DNA from: Eledone cirrhosa
Taxonomy: Eukaryota
DNA: 64,000 nt
Assembly (NCBI GenBank): GCA_964016885.1
Contig: OZ024742.1
Span: 133,300,001-133,364,000, forward strand
Direction: 5' to 3'
Of the stretch, positions 25,567 to 38,900 are shown piece by piece. The notes under the pieces were generated by a model that was not told the origin of the DNA, made no database searches, and was given only the letters and a program-made list of their open reading frames with translations. Positions within the stretch are counted from its first letter, which is position 1, and the number at the start of each line of letters is the position of its first letter. A program made the translations under genes and the position numbers.

Positions 25567-25589
25567 GAACCCAATAAATATATATATAT

Positions 25590-25911
25590 ATAATTATAAT
25601 TGAAGATATAAGAGAGATAAACACAGATATATACATATATGTGTTGAAATGGTAAGAGACCAGATTCGCTAAGGTTAAAAAGATACTAAATACTAACTAT
25701 GGACAATACTGTTTGCCAGACTCAGTTTAAGAATAAATCAAGAAAATAAATACAAACTGGAATACAAATTTATTTTCTTGATTTATTCTTAAATTGAGTC
25801 TGGAAAACCCTCTTGTCCATTTTTTCACCTGAGCGAATCTGGTCCTTTACGATTTGAACACATATATGTATATATCTGTGTTTATTTCTCTTTTATATTT
25901 AATTATAATAT
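25590..25911. repeat. ~320-bp imperfect hairpin (foldback or MITE-like)
   Basis: Arms of ~150 bp (..AGAGATAAACACAGATATATACATATATGTGTT...TTTAAGAATAAATCAAGAAAATAAAT and its reverse complement) around a ~16-nt loop near 25752-25767. Confidence 0.88.
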
Positions 25912-25986
25912 ACGGCTCGGAAAAATCTCTTTCCTTGAGCTATTTTATTATAAGAGACTATTTTGCGTTTCTAACTCAATATATAC

Positions 25987-26044
<58 letters not shown>

Positions 26045-26339
26045 TTTAACCAAGATATTATTTGTGAAGGTGCGTAAAACCCTATTTAAAATATGTTACC
26101 ATATTTCGTTCTCAGTTTATAGAATCATATCCATTATAGTGAAACTCTTATGTTGATTATCTCGAACCTAGGCTAACGTTACACTACACTTATACGTATG
26201 TAAACACTTATGATTATACAGTGAAGTTGTCACAATATAAGGTATATAACATAGCTCAGGATACAATAATAAACTATACAACGACTGTTTCCCTATTTGA
26301 TATATGAACCATAACATTTAAGTTGCTAATTATTAAATA

Positions 26340-26557
26340 TTATTTTCTTATATAGGCACAAGGCCAGCAACTCTGGGGGTGCGGAAAGTTGATTAAATAT
26401 ATCCCAGTGCGTGACAGGTACTTTATTCTATCGACCCCGTAAGGATAAAAGGCAAAGTTAACCTCAACGGGATTTGAAATCAGATCATAAAGGGCCGTAA
26501 CTCTATACTGCAATGCATGGCGTCGGACCCTCTCCCGATACTGCCAATCCAACGCTC
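26340..26557 (-). mobile_element. SINE family 1, full length, with 17-bp target-site duplication
   Basis: TTGCTAATTATTAAATA at 26323-26339 and 26558-26574. Confidence 0.92.
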
Positions 26558-27509
26558 TTGCTAATTATTAAATAATACGAATGAGATTCTAAATTTGCTT
26601 TTGTAGTGCATGACCAACTAAAAAAAAAAAAACTTCTCAGATGCATTCTCAATCTTAGGGTCATATTTAGTTTGTGTTGTTTTATATAGTATATTAGGAT
26701 AAATAATCCTTTGTTATTTTATGACGGCATAATGTAAGTTCGGGGAGATTTGAAGGATATTTTTCTTTTAGTCACTCCATTGCAGTCTTCAGTAAAAGGT
26801 TAGAACACATAATTTCTCATATGATATGTGAGTATAGAAGTCAGGTTTTGACAACATATAATTTGAATTGAAACGTTGCATAGTGAGACTTATTTTATTA
26901 TCCCAATGGGTCTGAAATCTGATTACATGTCCGATATAAAGTGTTGAGATAAACAATGCATGTCAATTAGATGAAACAGATATTTACCTTACAGATTTGA
27001 ATGAAAAGATTTATTATTATATTGCAGAACGGCAATGTACACGAAGAGTAACGGTCTCTGAATATGTTACTGGTACTTATCCTGTGACATTCAAACACTA
27101 ATATGGATTATAAATTCCGAATTTAGTCAAAATGGCACTTATCAAATAAATATACATGCATATATATACAGATTTTCTATCTAAACTGATTGTATTTTCT
27201 TTGCTTTGGTGAATTATGTGGCTAGGACCTCTTGCCACAGTTTTCAGTTTGTGATGCTGACGCGTGTTATGTTAATTACTCAGAGGTGAAGCCTATCGAT
27301 TCATCGATACATGCTTATTGAGTGCTTTTGTGCAAACCTAATTGTATCTCGTTAGCTTGGCCACCGCCATGACTTCGATTTTACTAACCTTCCATGTGTA
27401 TATATATATATATATCTACATATATATATAATATGAGAACAAATTAAAGTTTAAAGAAAGAATCGCTGCTTTCAACCTTAACGGGATTCTTAAACTGTTA
27501 TATATATAT

Positions 27510-27556
<47 letters not shown>

Positions 27557-27587
27557 GAGATCAAAAGATGGTTAAAAGAGTTCCAAG

Positions 27588-27658
27588 TATTTTATTATGC
27601 GCATTTCAAAAACAAATATCATCATCCGATGATATCTGTGTTCTCATCAGATAAAATA
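27588..27658 (-). ncRNA. Minimal type-I hammerhead ribozyme
   Basis: TATTTTAT-CTGATGA-[gaacACAGATATCATC ggat GATGATATTTGTtttt]-GAAA-TGCGCA-TA-ATAAAATA. Confidence 0.92.
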
Positions 27659-27776
27659 GGGATACATGATATGAAGCTTAAAAAACACTTGTGAATAGTG
27701 AAGTTTTAAATCAACATATGTTTATTTAAAACTTCACTATTGACAAGTGTTTTTTAAGCTTCATATCATGTATCCC

Positions 27777-27837
27777 TATTTTATCTGATGAGAACACAGA
27801 TATCATCCCATGTTTGTGAAATGCGCATAAAAAAATA
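27777..27837 (+). ncRNA. Minimal type-I hammerhead ribozyme (helix II partly deleted)
   Basis: TATTTTAT-CTGATGA-gaacacagatatcatcccatgtttgt-GAAA-TGCGCA-TA-AAAAAATA. Confidence 0.75.
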
Positions 27838-28004
27838 CTTGGAACTCTTTTAACCATCTTTTGATCTCATATTATTTATACTCAAGTCCTACAAACTGTA
27901 GAGTGCTACTTATCCGATATTTGCATTGCTTTATTGAGCTGCAATAAAACTCACCTCCTACACACATATATATATACATGTGTGTGTTTGTGTGTGTGTA
28001 TATG

Positions 28005-29350
28005 TAGTCAACCTATACTCTAACATCCCTCACAAACTAGGAATAGAAGCTATCCAATTCTGGCTGGATAATTACCACAATGAACTCCCACAGCGCATCA
28101 AAAAAGAATTCGTGATAGAGGGACTCAAATTTATCTTGGAGAACAATTACTTCTTTTTCAATAACAAACCCTACAGGCAGAAATCTGGGACCGCTATGGG
28201 AACGAAAACAGCCCCCACTTATGCCAACCTCGTCATGGGATACCTGGAAATCACCTTCTACACAAAAGTACTAAACAAATTTGGAAACACTCTCCAATTA
28301 CACATAGAAAGGAACTGGAAACAATTCTAGATGACTCCTTCATCCTTTGGCACGAAAACATCGAGAAACTTAAAATTTCACAGCCTTATAAATGGGCTCA
28401 ACACGAATATTAACTTCACGATGGAATACAGCCATCAACAACTCCCCTTCCTCGACATTCTCATTAAGATCCATAACAAAAAAATAGAAACAGACATATA
28501 CTACAAGCCCACAGACTCCAAGCAATATCTTCCTTTCAACTCTTGCCACCCTAGACACGTTAAAATTAATATTCCCTACAACTTAGCCAAGAGAATCTGT
28601 ACTATAGTCTCCAATAAAAATACCTGCTACTTACGGCTACAAGAACTAAATGACACACTCATAGGCAGGGAATACCCTGCATCACTAATTGACAATGGAA
28701 TCCAAAGTGCCCTAAAACTCAGTACCCAGGACCTTAGAAACCCTAAAGTAAATCAACCGAAACTAAAAGCTCTTCCATACATCTCCACACACAACCCCCT
28801 CAACAATGAGGCCTTTGACACCATCCTCCAGAACATCCCTGTGTTGAAAAAGGACCATAGAATGAAACAAATCCTACGAACACACGATATCATAAAGAGC
28901 AAAAGACAATCTAAGTCAATGAAAAACATCCTAACACATGCCAAAGTACTGCCAAACTCAACAACGAAACCCACAGTAAAAAAATGCGATAGACCCAACT
29001 GTGGCATATGTATCAACCTAATAAAGGGTTCGGAATTCTATTTCAAAGAAGGACAACGTTTTATAGTAAAACACAATCAGAAAATCTAATATATATATTA
29101 ACTTGCTCAGGTTGTCGAGAACAATACATAAGCCAGACCAAAATCAGCTTCCGGCAACGCATGACTGTCCATAGATCCCAAATTAAATTACGGAAATACA
29201 GGAAAATACCAATGAGTGAACACATTGATACCTGTGCCGCCCAAAATCATCCCAACTTCAGAATCTTTCCCCTCTACAAATTTAAAGATAATGCCACCCA
29301 CACCCAGCGCATCAGCAAGGACTCTCATTTTATTAACAAATACGGACCCC
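28005..29350 (+). pseudogene. Neptune-type PLE RT + Cys linker + GIY-YIG, 5'-truncated and frameshifted
   Basis: VNLYSNIPH, ILENNYFFFN..YRQKSGTAMGTKTAPTYANLVMG; F-(L)-D-D broken by a 1-nt deletion near 28328; LPFLDI..TDIYYKPTD..SCHP; CDRPNCGIC; NLIYILTCSGCREQYISQT..RQRMTVH. Confidence 0.92.
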
Positions 29351-30033
29351 CGTCTAAACACTTCTCCCTAAGACGAACCCCCAACATACACACGTCAACA
29401 CACATACCAACATCAGCATACATCTCTATCCACATATAAACACAATGACATACGTAAACACACATGTTGTATGGTGCAACACAAATATACACACATTTGC
29501 ATACCTTTTTATGTCTATAGATATAAACGTGCCGACACACACACATACATATACGCACACATGCATTGCACACTGATGGGCACACACATGTTTGTACACA
29601 AGTATTCCAATACGGCAAGGCCTAATGGATTCCCCTTGCAGTAAGTACAATCTGGACACTCACACACACTGGTATTATGCCAATACTATATCATTTTACA
29701 CCTTTTATTATTAAGGTTTTTGATGTTCTATTGAGAGAATCGTTTTTACTGAAAATATCGAATAATGTACACCATTTTTACCAGTATCATAAACATACTG
29801 GTCCACACACACACACACACACACACATTCTCACACACACACACACATATGTATACACACACACACACATACACACGCGTACATTAACATACAAAGAGAC
29901 ATACACACACACACACACACTTCTCCGTATAAAACAAGAGCTGAAAAATCTCTTTTAACATGTTAAAGTATCCCCCCCCCCCACACGTACAGACACATTC
30001 CTACTGACCAGCCCTCTACCATGAATTACTCTG

Positions 30034-30071
<38 letters not shown>

Positions 30072-30578
30072 TTGTCTTAATAGGCATTTGAACTGTCAAC
30101 AGGCTACGGTTCGCACACACATCCCTGCTGACCATTATCACAACAACGAACCCCTTTACTACTACTACACACACACACATATTTGTCTTGAAAGACTTAT
30201 TTTTCAGTGACTTCTCAATCAGCCGAGACAAACCTACATTTGGCGCCAAATCAATTTTTAACATTCACATGACCTCTACCGACCAATCAAAATTGTTTTG
30301 ACCACAAGAATTTTTTCATACATCTGGAGCCACTTTTTTTACATAAAACAGGTAGAATTTCCAAAACTAATCAGATTAGAGAAAACATGACGGGCGCTCT
30401 ATCTCAAAATTATTTTTAAAAAGCATTAGAAATGCGCAACCGGTAAAATTTAAAACCAAAACTGAATACTAACCAATACTATTACTAATTTTTACTTATT
30501 GGTAATTAAACTATTTTTCACTGGGAACAATTTGTCAACATTTTAGTTTCCTTTTACCAATATATATATATGTGTGTG

Positions 30579-30609
<31 letters not shown>

Positions 30610-30612
30610 GTG

Positions 30613-30705
<93 letters not shown>

Positions 30706-30707
30706 TA

Positions 30708-30757
<50 letters not shown>

Positions 30758-31059
30758 GAAAAGTAACACACGAGCTGATATATATATCAAAAACAAGTAG
30801 TAGAAAGGAAAAAAGATGTTTTCAGTAGAAAATCTTGAAGAGATTTTTCAGTGAAATATCAAAACATTTGTTTATTTACAATACCGGTTTCAACATTATA
30901 TGCATTGTCAATTGCGGATATGCAGAATATTGTTAAGTTGCATATTTGTACAAATAGTGATAATAAAAATAAAAATAAAAACGGGAGGAAAAATTAATTT
31001 TCACATACATGTTCATTCAGAGAAGAGAGTCCATTTTTCTGTACAACCTTCTCTGCTAA

Positions 31060-31290
31060 TAGTTGGTTGTGACATAGCACAGACCCAAACCAGCCTCCGA
31101 CAACGTACGATCATCTATAGATCCCAAATCAAAATGGGGGAATACAGAACGATAGTGAACTCATCGCGAGCTGCGCATCTAATGGTCAACCAAATTTTAT
31201 AATTTTTCCCATTTAAAATTTAAAGACAACGCTTTCTCCATCCAGCGCATTAGCAAGGAATCATAATTTATCGCCAAATACCAACCCACT
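31060..31290 (+). pseudogene. Eroded GIY-YIG fragment related to the Neptune-type element
   Basis: IAQTQTSLRQRTIIYRSQIK; nucleotide similarity to 29125-29345. Confidence 0.7.
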
Positions 31291-31687
31291 TCTAAATGCT
31301 TACACTTTGGACTAAACTAAAGCTGGCACATGTTAAAATTAACACCGCAGACAAATTAACCCTTTAGCAATGTATCCTTCTCCAATATTCCTGCAATCTC
31401 TGACAACTATATAATGCAGACCAAGCAACCACACATAAACAACCAAATCAGCTAGTCCTAGAGGACCTCCACGAAGACAATCGGATAAATGGAAGCATTC
31501 AGGTGTCAAACTAAATGCTTTAAATTCCTCTGAATCTGGAAGTTTCTGCTGAAGATAGAATGGGTATTCCAGTGGCTTTGAACCCCTCTTTGTGGCAAAA
31601 TTTCCTCCATTGCTCTAAATCTGAACTTTCTACTAGGAAACAATTTTAGTCATGTAGTCGTTATTATATATATATATATATAATAAC

Positions 31688-31723
<36 letters not shown>

Positions 31724-31730
31724 ACATATG

Positions 31731-31771
<41 letters not shown>

Positions 31772-31977
31772 GATAATAAGTTATCGTTATAGGTAATCCA
31801 GTTAGAGGTTGTGAGTACTCTGCGTCGTGGATAGTTTTAACGCACGGCTTTGTTTGACTCAACAAGAGATTTCCATAGTTAGACAGCGAGTTCCCGGTAA
31901 TTCTTACGCAGGTTATACTTGGAGTAATAATAGTGAAACAATATATGTATATACCAATATATATGTATATATATATA

Positions 31978-32306
31978 TGAGATGGATTCCATAACAATAC
32001 ATCACCTCCTATTTCTTCCTTGCTGCGCCAACAGTGGCCAGCAAATCTGTGTCTCTGTCCACGTATTGACCTGCTGGATGGTGGCATATTGCCATAGAGA
32101 TCCTTATTATTTGGGTGTGCCCTCCAATATACGTTTAAAGCAGCACATAGCATACGTCCCAAGAAGACATACGTCAAGCAACTTGAGGATGATACTGGAT
32201 GCACTGTGGAAGAACTGGCAAACGCTATGAGAGACAGAGATGGATGGGGGGGGGGACGCGTGTCGTAGAAAGCCGAGCAGGCTTGACCTGATGATGATGA
32301 TGATGA

Positions 32307-32310
<4 letters not shown>
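31978..32310. mobile_element. RTE-clade LINE 3' end with 5' inversion
   Basis: Minus 32155-31978 encodes RMLCAALNVYWRAHPNNKDLYG..RFAGHCWRSKEE..LLWNPSH; plus 32156-32290 encodes RPKKTYVKQLEDDTG..LANAMRDRDGW..; (TGA)n tail. Confidence 0.88.
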
Positions 32311-32345
<35 letters not shown>

Positions 32346-33509
32346 TATATATAACTTCTACATGACTAGAATTGTTACCGTTGTATGAATCATCGAATGA
32401 AACAGTACTAGTTCTGTAGGAATCATTCTATATGTATGCATGTGTCTCTCCAGTGGGAAGACCCAGAAACCTTCACAACAAAGTACTTCTCCATGCATTA
32501 TGAGACAGAAAATATATATATTCAAGACGTTAGATTCGGAGCTTCAGCCCTGTGGTTTCAGCTTGCTATTTCTCAAGATTCGTCATATTTACTCGTGAAT
32601 ACGTATTCATCAGTACATACGAGCAATCCTCACCACCCACCACTGACATACGCCAAACACACTCACAAATACACACACTATCAGGCATACAATGACAATT
32701 TGAATGAAACCAAAATTAATGTAAACACAATACACAATATATTTCTCTCTCTACATTTGTTTTCATACGGAAAACCTCCTATTCTATTCCACAACAAAAT
32801 AAAAGTAATAAAAAGTATGCTACCACAAATATGAAAAGGAAAAAATCAATGAAAAAAAAATCAATCAATTTCAAAGATTCTGAAAGGACATTAAATTTCT
32901 AAACAACCCAATAAATCAAATCAACGTAGAGGAATTTAGATGATGATGTTAAAGCAAGTTTACTCTCATGATAATTACCGTATTTGATACATTCAAAAAT
33001 GGTGAAGAAATCAACTCCTGCATAGCATCCAAACTATAAAATATAAAAGAATCATTACTCTAAAGAGAGCTTTAAAAGCAGATAAAATGCTTTTTAAACC
33101 CCAAAAAATATATAAATGTAATTAATAAATATATAAATGTGTTAATAGAAGGGGACGCATGTAACAGGTAGTAATAATATTAATGGTGACAGAGAGAAAG
33201 AATAAAATGGGGGTTGAACTATCAATACGGTTAGGGGAGGGAGTAAGAAAGGAAATGGAATGAAATCAATCGTAGTAGAGAGAGGATTTATACGCATATG
33301 GAGGTGACGAATATAAAGCTCTCATATATGAATCAGAAGAGTTCATTCAGTTGAAATTCATTAAAACGCTAACACACTTAATCATACAAGCATTTATACA
33401 TACACACCCAGAAACACACAGTGGAACACAAACATATCTGTCTATTGATCTATACATTTAAACATGCTCTCTCTCTCTCATTCTGTATATATATATATAT
33501 ATATATATT

Positions 33510-35981
33510 TATTTATTAAAATAACAGATTAAAGTTTAAGCAAAGAATCGCTGCTTTCACCCGTAACAGGATCTTCTGAAACTAACAAAGTCAATCTGTA
33601 AATGCAGAAGTGAATATTTCAAAAAACGTTGCAACCGGAGGAAGACAGGAAGACGATACTTTGGTTCGTGGAAACGTTCCCTGGCAAAGAACGGGAAAAA
33701 ACGAATATAATACGTCATTATTTGGAGGGGTGAAAAACAATTACACGCAAAGACAGAACAACGTTTATGGTATAAAAGAAGTCGTAGACTAATATTCTCT
33801 TAGGTGGTTCATAGAGACGTTCTCTGGCAATGAACAGAAAAAACGAAGGTAATACGTCATATGTGGATCGTGGAGAACAATTGCACGCAAAGACAAAACC
33901 ACGTAAATGATATAACTGAAGTCGTAGACTAAAAATTCTAACTAGGAAACCGAATGATTCTCCTCTTCAGAGTTTAGAATAAAGTAAATAAAATACAGAG
34001 GTAATTGAAGTTAAATAAATACATACACGCATCCAAATACATACATACACAAGCATAGGCGAAAACACTCACCATAGGTATACAAATACACGCACATATA
34101 AATTGTGGGTGTGTGAGCGTGCGTGTATACAAATAATTAAATAAACGTATATAAATAAATAAATACGTATATAACAAGCGCACACACATACCTACATCTA
34201 AATACACACATGTTCGGAGACTACGTCAACCAAAACACGAAGTACACATATACACAAACCCTACATACGTACGAACCCGCATACTCACAGAGACGCAAAA
34301 CTCACGTGTACACATAACCAAAGGCATATATAAAAATATACGTCATAACATATACAATCAAATATAAGTACGAGAAAGTATACGTACCTTCACAAAACAT
34401 ACAGGTAATATATACTTACCTATGCAAATAAGTAATGGTTTAAACATAACATATACTTAGCTACCACATCAGGACGTAAAATATCCGCGTATAGATCGTA
34501 CTATCCGTTGGGGTATAATGTGGGGCTGTAATACAGGAAAGTTTTGTGCATTTTACAAGCCGAAATTGCCTCAGATGTTTTGTTTAAGATGTGGTCTTTG
34601 GCGTAGAGTATTTCCAGGGCCTCAGCGGCGTAGATTTACATGGTCTTTTATTTCCGTCATACGATCTAGCCCTAGCTAGGATCTCCCAGTGTAAATTATA
34701 TTGGGTGTGGTTGTCTTTCAGACTCCAGATATAAGCTGAAAGTCACGTCATATTCCTTCTTAGAGGGTAACGAAAAGAATGGGTATGCATGTAAAGACGC
34801 TAACTGAATCTATTGGCGGTTAACCCTATGTAGGCCCTACGGGACGTGGATGTTTCAACCTTAAATTTGTAGACAATGTTACTAGAGAGGCATTTCCCGG
34901 ATAGGGGGCAATCAACCTGATTCCTACAATTACAGTTAGTACTAACAACAGAGTTGCACGTGTTCCTACGGCTAGGTAGTCTAGCTAAATTTGATGCTGT
35001 GATGTTATGTGCAAGATTAGGAGTCTTTCAGTAAGAAATTTTAATAGTATTTCTATTAAAAGTTTTACTAGACTTATGTGAAGGTGGAAAATGCTTCGTA
35101 ATAAGGTATAGACAGATCTTAGCTAATGCTGTGGCCACCTCCATATTATATGGTGGGTTATACCATATAATACGTCGGGATATATTTCTTTTAGGTCTAT
35201 TCTCGTACTCTGTATATGCTACCTTATCGACAAATCCACTCCGAGCAAGAGCTTCATTGTAATATGTGGAATGGTCGTTGAAAATATGCTCGTTTGTAGA
35301 TAGACGGGAAAGCCTCAACTAAACGTTTCTTACCAGGTTCTTGGTTATGCTGGCAGGATGGTTGGAATGCTTACTAATGTAATTAAGCGTATCATTCGGC
35401 TTTCTATACGGGTAATACAAGCCATTCGATAAATTGAAGGTAACGTCGAGGTAATTCACGACCGAGAGGTTAGCTTCAACCTGTATAGAGAGGTTGAACA
35501 CTTTAAAGAAGGCTGTGAGTTCTTTTCTGAACCTGTGGCAAGCACAAGGGCCGCACTTAGTCATGCTCAAAAGACCGTCATCACGGTACAAACCACCACC
35601 CGCGTTGGGGAATTCGTCCTTGATAGAGAAAAGAAGGAAAAGGCCGATAAGATCAGTAACCTCCGCAGAATCGCTGGCACCCATACTCACATCGAATGGG
35701 GTACTATTGGATTTATTAATCCAAATAGAGTCGTCGAAATTAATCACCGAATTACGGGCATTGAGGATGACATCAATTTCGAAATCCTTAACCACTGTGA
35801 GTGTTTTAGCGAAATTGATAGCTCTTAGGAGAAGTGGTAAAGTGATGGAAGAGTAGTAATTATTGATGTCGAATTGGATAAAACGGCAATGTTGCTTGTT
35901 GCATATGCCGTTGAACCAATCAATCACCGCGAAAGAATTGTTCCACAGTGCAAGAGGGGCCAAACTTATAATTTCAGGTAT
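33510..35981 (-). mobile_element. PLE family A, inverted arm (RT core to 3' end), pseudogenised
   Basis: QFDINNYYSSI, VSMGASDSAEVTD, GLYRDDG, PYRKPN..SNHP, WYNPPY, CNC..CPL; mirrors 36583-39150. Confidence 0.95.
33533..33583 (-). ncRNA. Hammerhead-like motif with CAGAAGA (U4A) core; also at 23567-23616 and 39079-39129 (+)
   Basis: AGTTT-CAGAAGA-[tCCTG tta CGGGt]-GAAA-GCA gcgattctt TGC-TT-AAACT; all three helices pair. Confidence 0.65.
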
Positions 35982-38900
35982 GGTACCAAGCAGGAAAACA
36001 TACCTAAAACTCCTGATACAGAAAACAGATGCGTTCATTAAAAGGTTGCGTTGGCGTGCCTTTTATTTTGATAATTCGCGAAAAGCAGACAACAAACAGG
36101 ATAAATTTGGGTTTAAAACCTATAATAACCATCCGTGTAACCCAGCATTGATATCCTTCGAAAATGATGCCTTGAAACTCATACAGAGTATCAAATTTCG
36201 AATAGGAGCAATTCCTTCAAGCAGGACCTGAAGAAAAGTATTCGTTCTATTAAGGATTCTAATGCCGTGCACGTCCATTCCGACAAAACTGACAATATAT
36301 ATCAAGTGGAGCGCAGTACTTACCATCAACTACTACATAATGCTGTAACTAAGGATTACCGTAAAACTAATAGGTGCGTCATCAATGAAATCAACGATGC
36401 TGGGTTTAAAATCACCTCTGAGCTCAACATCCTGGACCGGACCGAACCTCTGGACCCTATTTCTCACCACTTTACCCTGAAGGATCACAAATCCAATTTT
36501 CCGAACACACCACCCTATTCGGCTTATTAACCCTACGAAGTCAGATTTAGGTAGACTGAATAAAAGAATTCTTGATAGAATTATACCTGAAATTAGAAGT
36601 TTGGCCCCTCTTGCACTGTGGAACAATTCTTTCGCGGTGATTGATTGGTTCAACGGCATATGCAACAAGGAACATTGCCGTTTTATTCAATTCAACATCA
36701 ATAATTACTACTCCTCCATCATTTTACCACTTCTCCTTAGAGCTATCAATTTCGGTAAAACACTCACAGTGGTTAAGGATTTCGAAGTGGATGTCATCCT
36801 CAATGCCCGTAAGACGGTGACTGTTTCGACGACTCTATTTGGATTAAAAAATCCAATAGTACCCCGTCGATGTGAGTATGGTCGCCAGAGATTCTGCGGA
36901 GGTTACTGATCTTAACGACCTTTTCCTTCTTTTCTCTATCAAGGACGAATTCCCCAACGCGGGTGGTGGTTTGTACCGTGATGATGGTCTTTTGAGCATG
37001 ACTAAGTGCGGTCCTCGTGCTTGCGACAGTTTCAGAAAAGAACTCACAGCCTTCTTTAAAGGCTTAGACTTCTCTATACAGATTGAGGCCAACCGCTCGG
37101 TCGTTAATTACATCGACGTTACCCTCTATTTATCGAATGGCTTGTATTACCCGTATAGAAAGCCGAATGATACGCTTAATTACATAAGTAAGCATTCCAA
37201 CCATCCTGCCAGCATAACCAAGAACCTGGTAAGAAACGTTTCGTTGAGGCTTCCCCGTCTATCTACTAACGAGCATATTTTCAACGACCATTCCACATAT
37301 TACAATGAAGCTCTTGCTCGGAGTGGATTTGTCGATAAGGTAGCATAGACAGAGTACGAGAATAGCCTAGAAGAAATAGATCCCGACGTATTATATGGTA
37401 TAACCCACCATATAATATGGAGGTGGCCACACCATTAGCTAAGATCTTTCTATAACTTATTACGAATCATTTTCCTCTTACACATAAATATATTAAAATT
37501 TTTAATAGAAATCCTATTAAAATGTATTACTCTACGACTCCTAACCATGCATATAACATCACAGCTTCAAATTTAGCTAAACTAGCTAGCCGTAGGAACA
37601 CGTGCATCCCTGTAGTTAGTACTAACTGTAATTAAGGAATCGGGTTGATTTCCCCCTATCCGGGAAATGCCTCTCTAGTAACACTATCTACAAATGTAAG
37701 GTTAAAACATCCACGTCCCGTAGGGCCTATATAGGGTTAACCGCCAATAGATTCAATCAGCATCTTTATATGCAAACCCATTCTTTTCGTTACCCTCTAA
37801 GAAGGAATATGACGTGACTTTCAGCTTATATCTGGAGTCTAAAAGACAACCACACCCAATATAAGTTACACTGGGAGATCCTAGCTAGGGCTAGATCGTA
37901 TGACGGAAATAAAATACCATGTTACCTCTACGCCGCTGAGTCCCTGGAAATACTCTACGCCAAAGACCACATCTTAAACAAAACATCTGAGGCAATTTCG
38001 GCTTGTAAACTGCACAAAACTTTCCTGTATTACAGCCCCACATTATACCCTAACGGATAGTACGATCTATACGCGGATATATTACGTCCTGATGTGGTAG
38101 CTAAGTATATGTTATGTTTAAACCATTACTTATTTGCATAGGTAAGTATATATTACATGTATGTTTTGTGAAGGTACGTATACTTTCTCGTACGTATATT
38201 TGATTGTATATGTTATGGCGTATATTTTTATATATTCTGGTACATATGCTTTTGGTTATGTGTATACGTGAGTTTTGCGTTTCTGTGAGTATGCGGGTTC
38301 GTACGTATGTAGGGTGTGTGTATATGTGTACTTCGTGTTTTGGTTGACGTACGTATGTAGGGTTTGTGTATATGTGTACTTCGTGTTTTGGTTGACGTAG
38401 TATGTAGGGTTTGTGTATATGTGTACTTCGTGTTTTGGTTGACGTATCTCCGAACAGTTGTGTATTTACATGTAGGTATGTGTGTGCGCTTGTTATATAC
38501 GTATTCATTTATTTATATATGTGTATTTAATTATTTGTATACACGCACACACACACACAAATTATAAGTGCGTGTATTTGTATACCTATGGTGAGTGTTT
38601 TCGCGTATGCTTGTGTATGTACGTATTTGGATGCGTGTATGTATTTATTTGATTTCAATTACCTCTGTATTTTATTTACTTTATTCTAAACTCTGAAGAG
38701 GAGAATCATTCGGTTTCCTAGCTAGAATTTTTAGTCTACGACTTCAGTTATACCATTTAAGTTGTTTTGTCTTTGCGTGCAATTGTTCTCCACGCTGCAC
38801 ATATGACGTATTATCTTCGTTTTTTCCGTTCATTGCCAAAGAACGTCTCTATGAACCACCTAAGAGAACATTAGTCTACGACTTCTTTTATAACATAAAC

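Larger units (their letters stand above)
27553..27960. mobile_element. HHR mini-element with an internal inverted duplication (two HHRs on opposite strands)
   Basis: Arms at about 27553-27709 and 27727-27873, then the rest of the element to CACCTCCTA at 27960. Confidence 0.88.

Noticed and set aside
27029-27100. Possible exon after TTGCAG (RQCTRRVTVSEYVT)
   Set aside because: Weak donor, early stop and no partner exons.
38686-38730. CTGAAGA plus hairpin in the family A UTR as a second HHR
   Set aside because: No GAAA/UH half follows, and the 23180 copy lacks the box.
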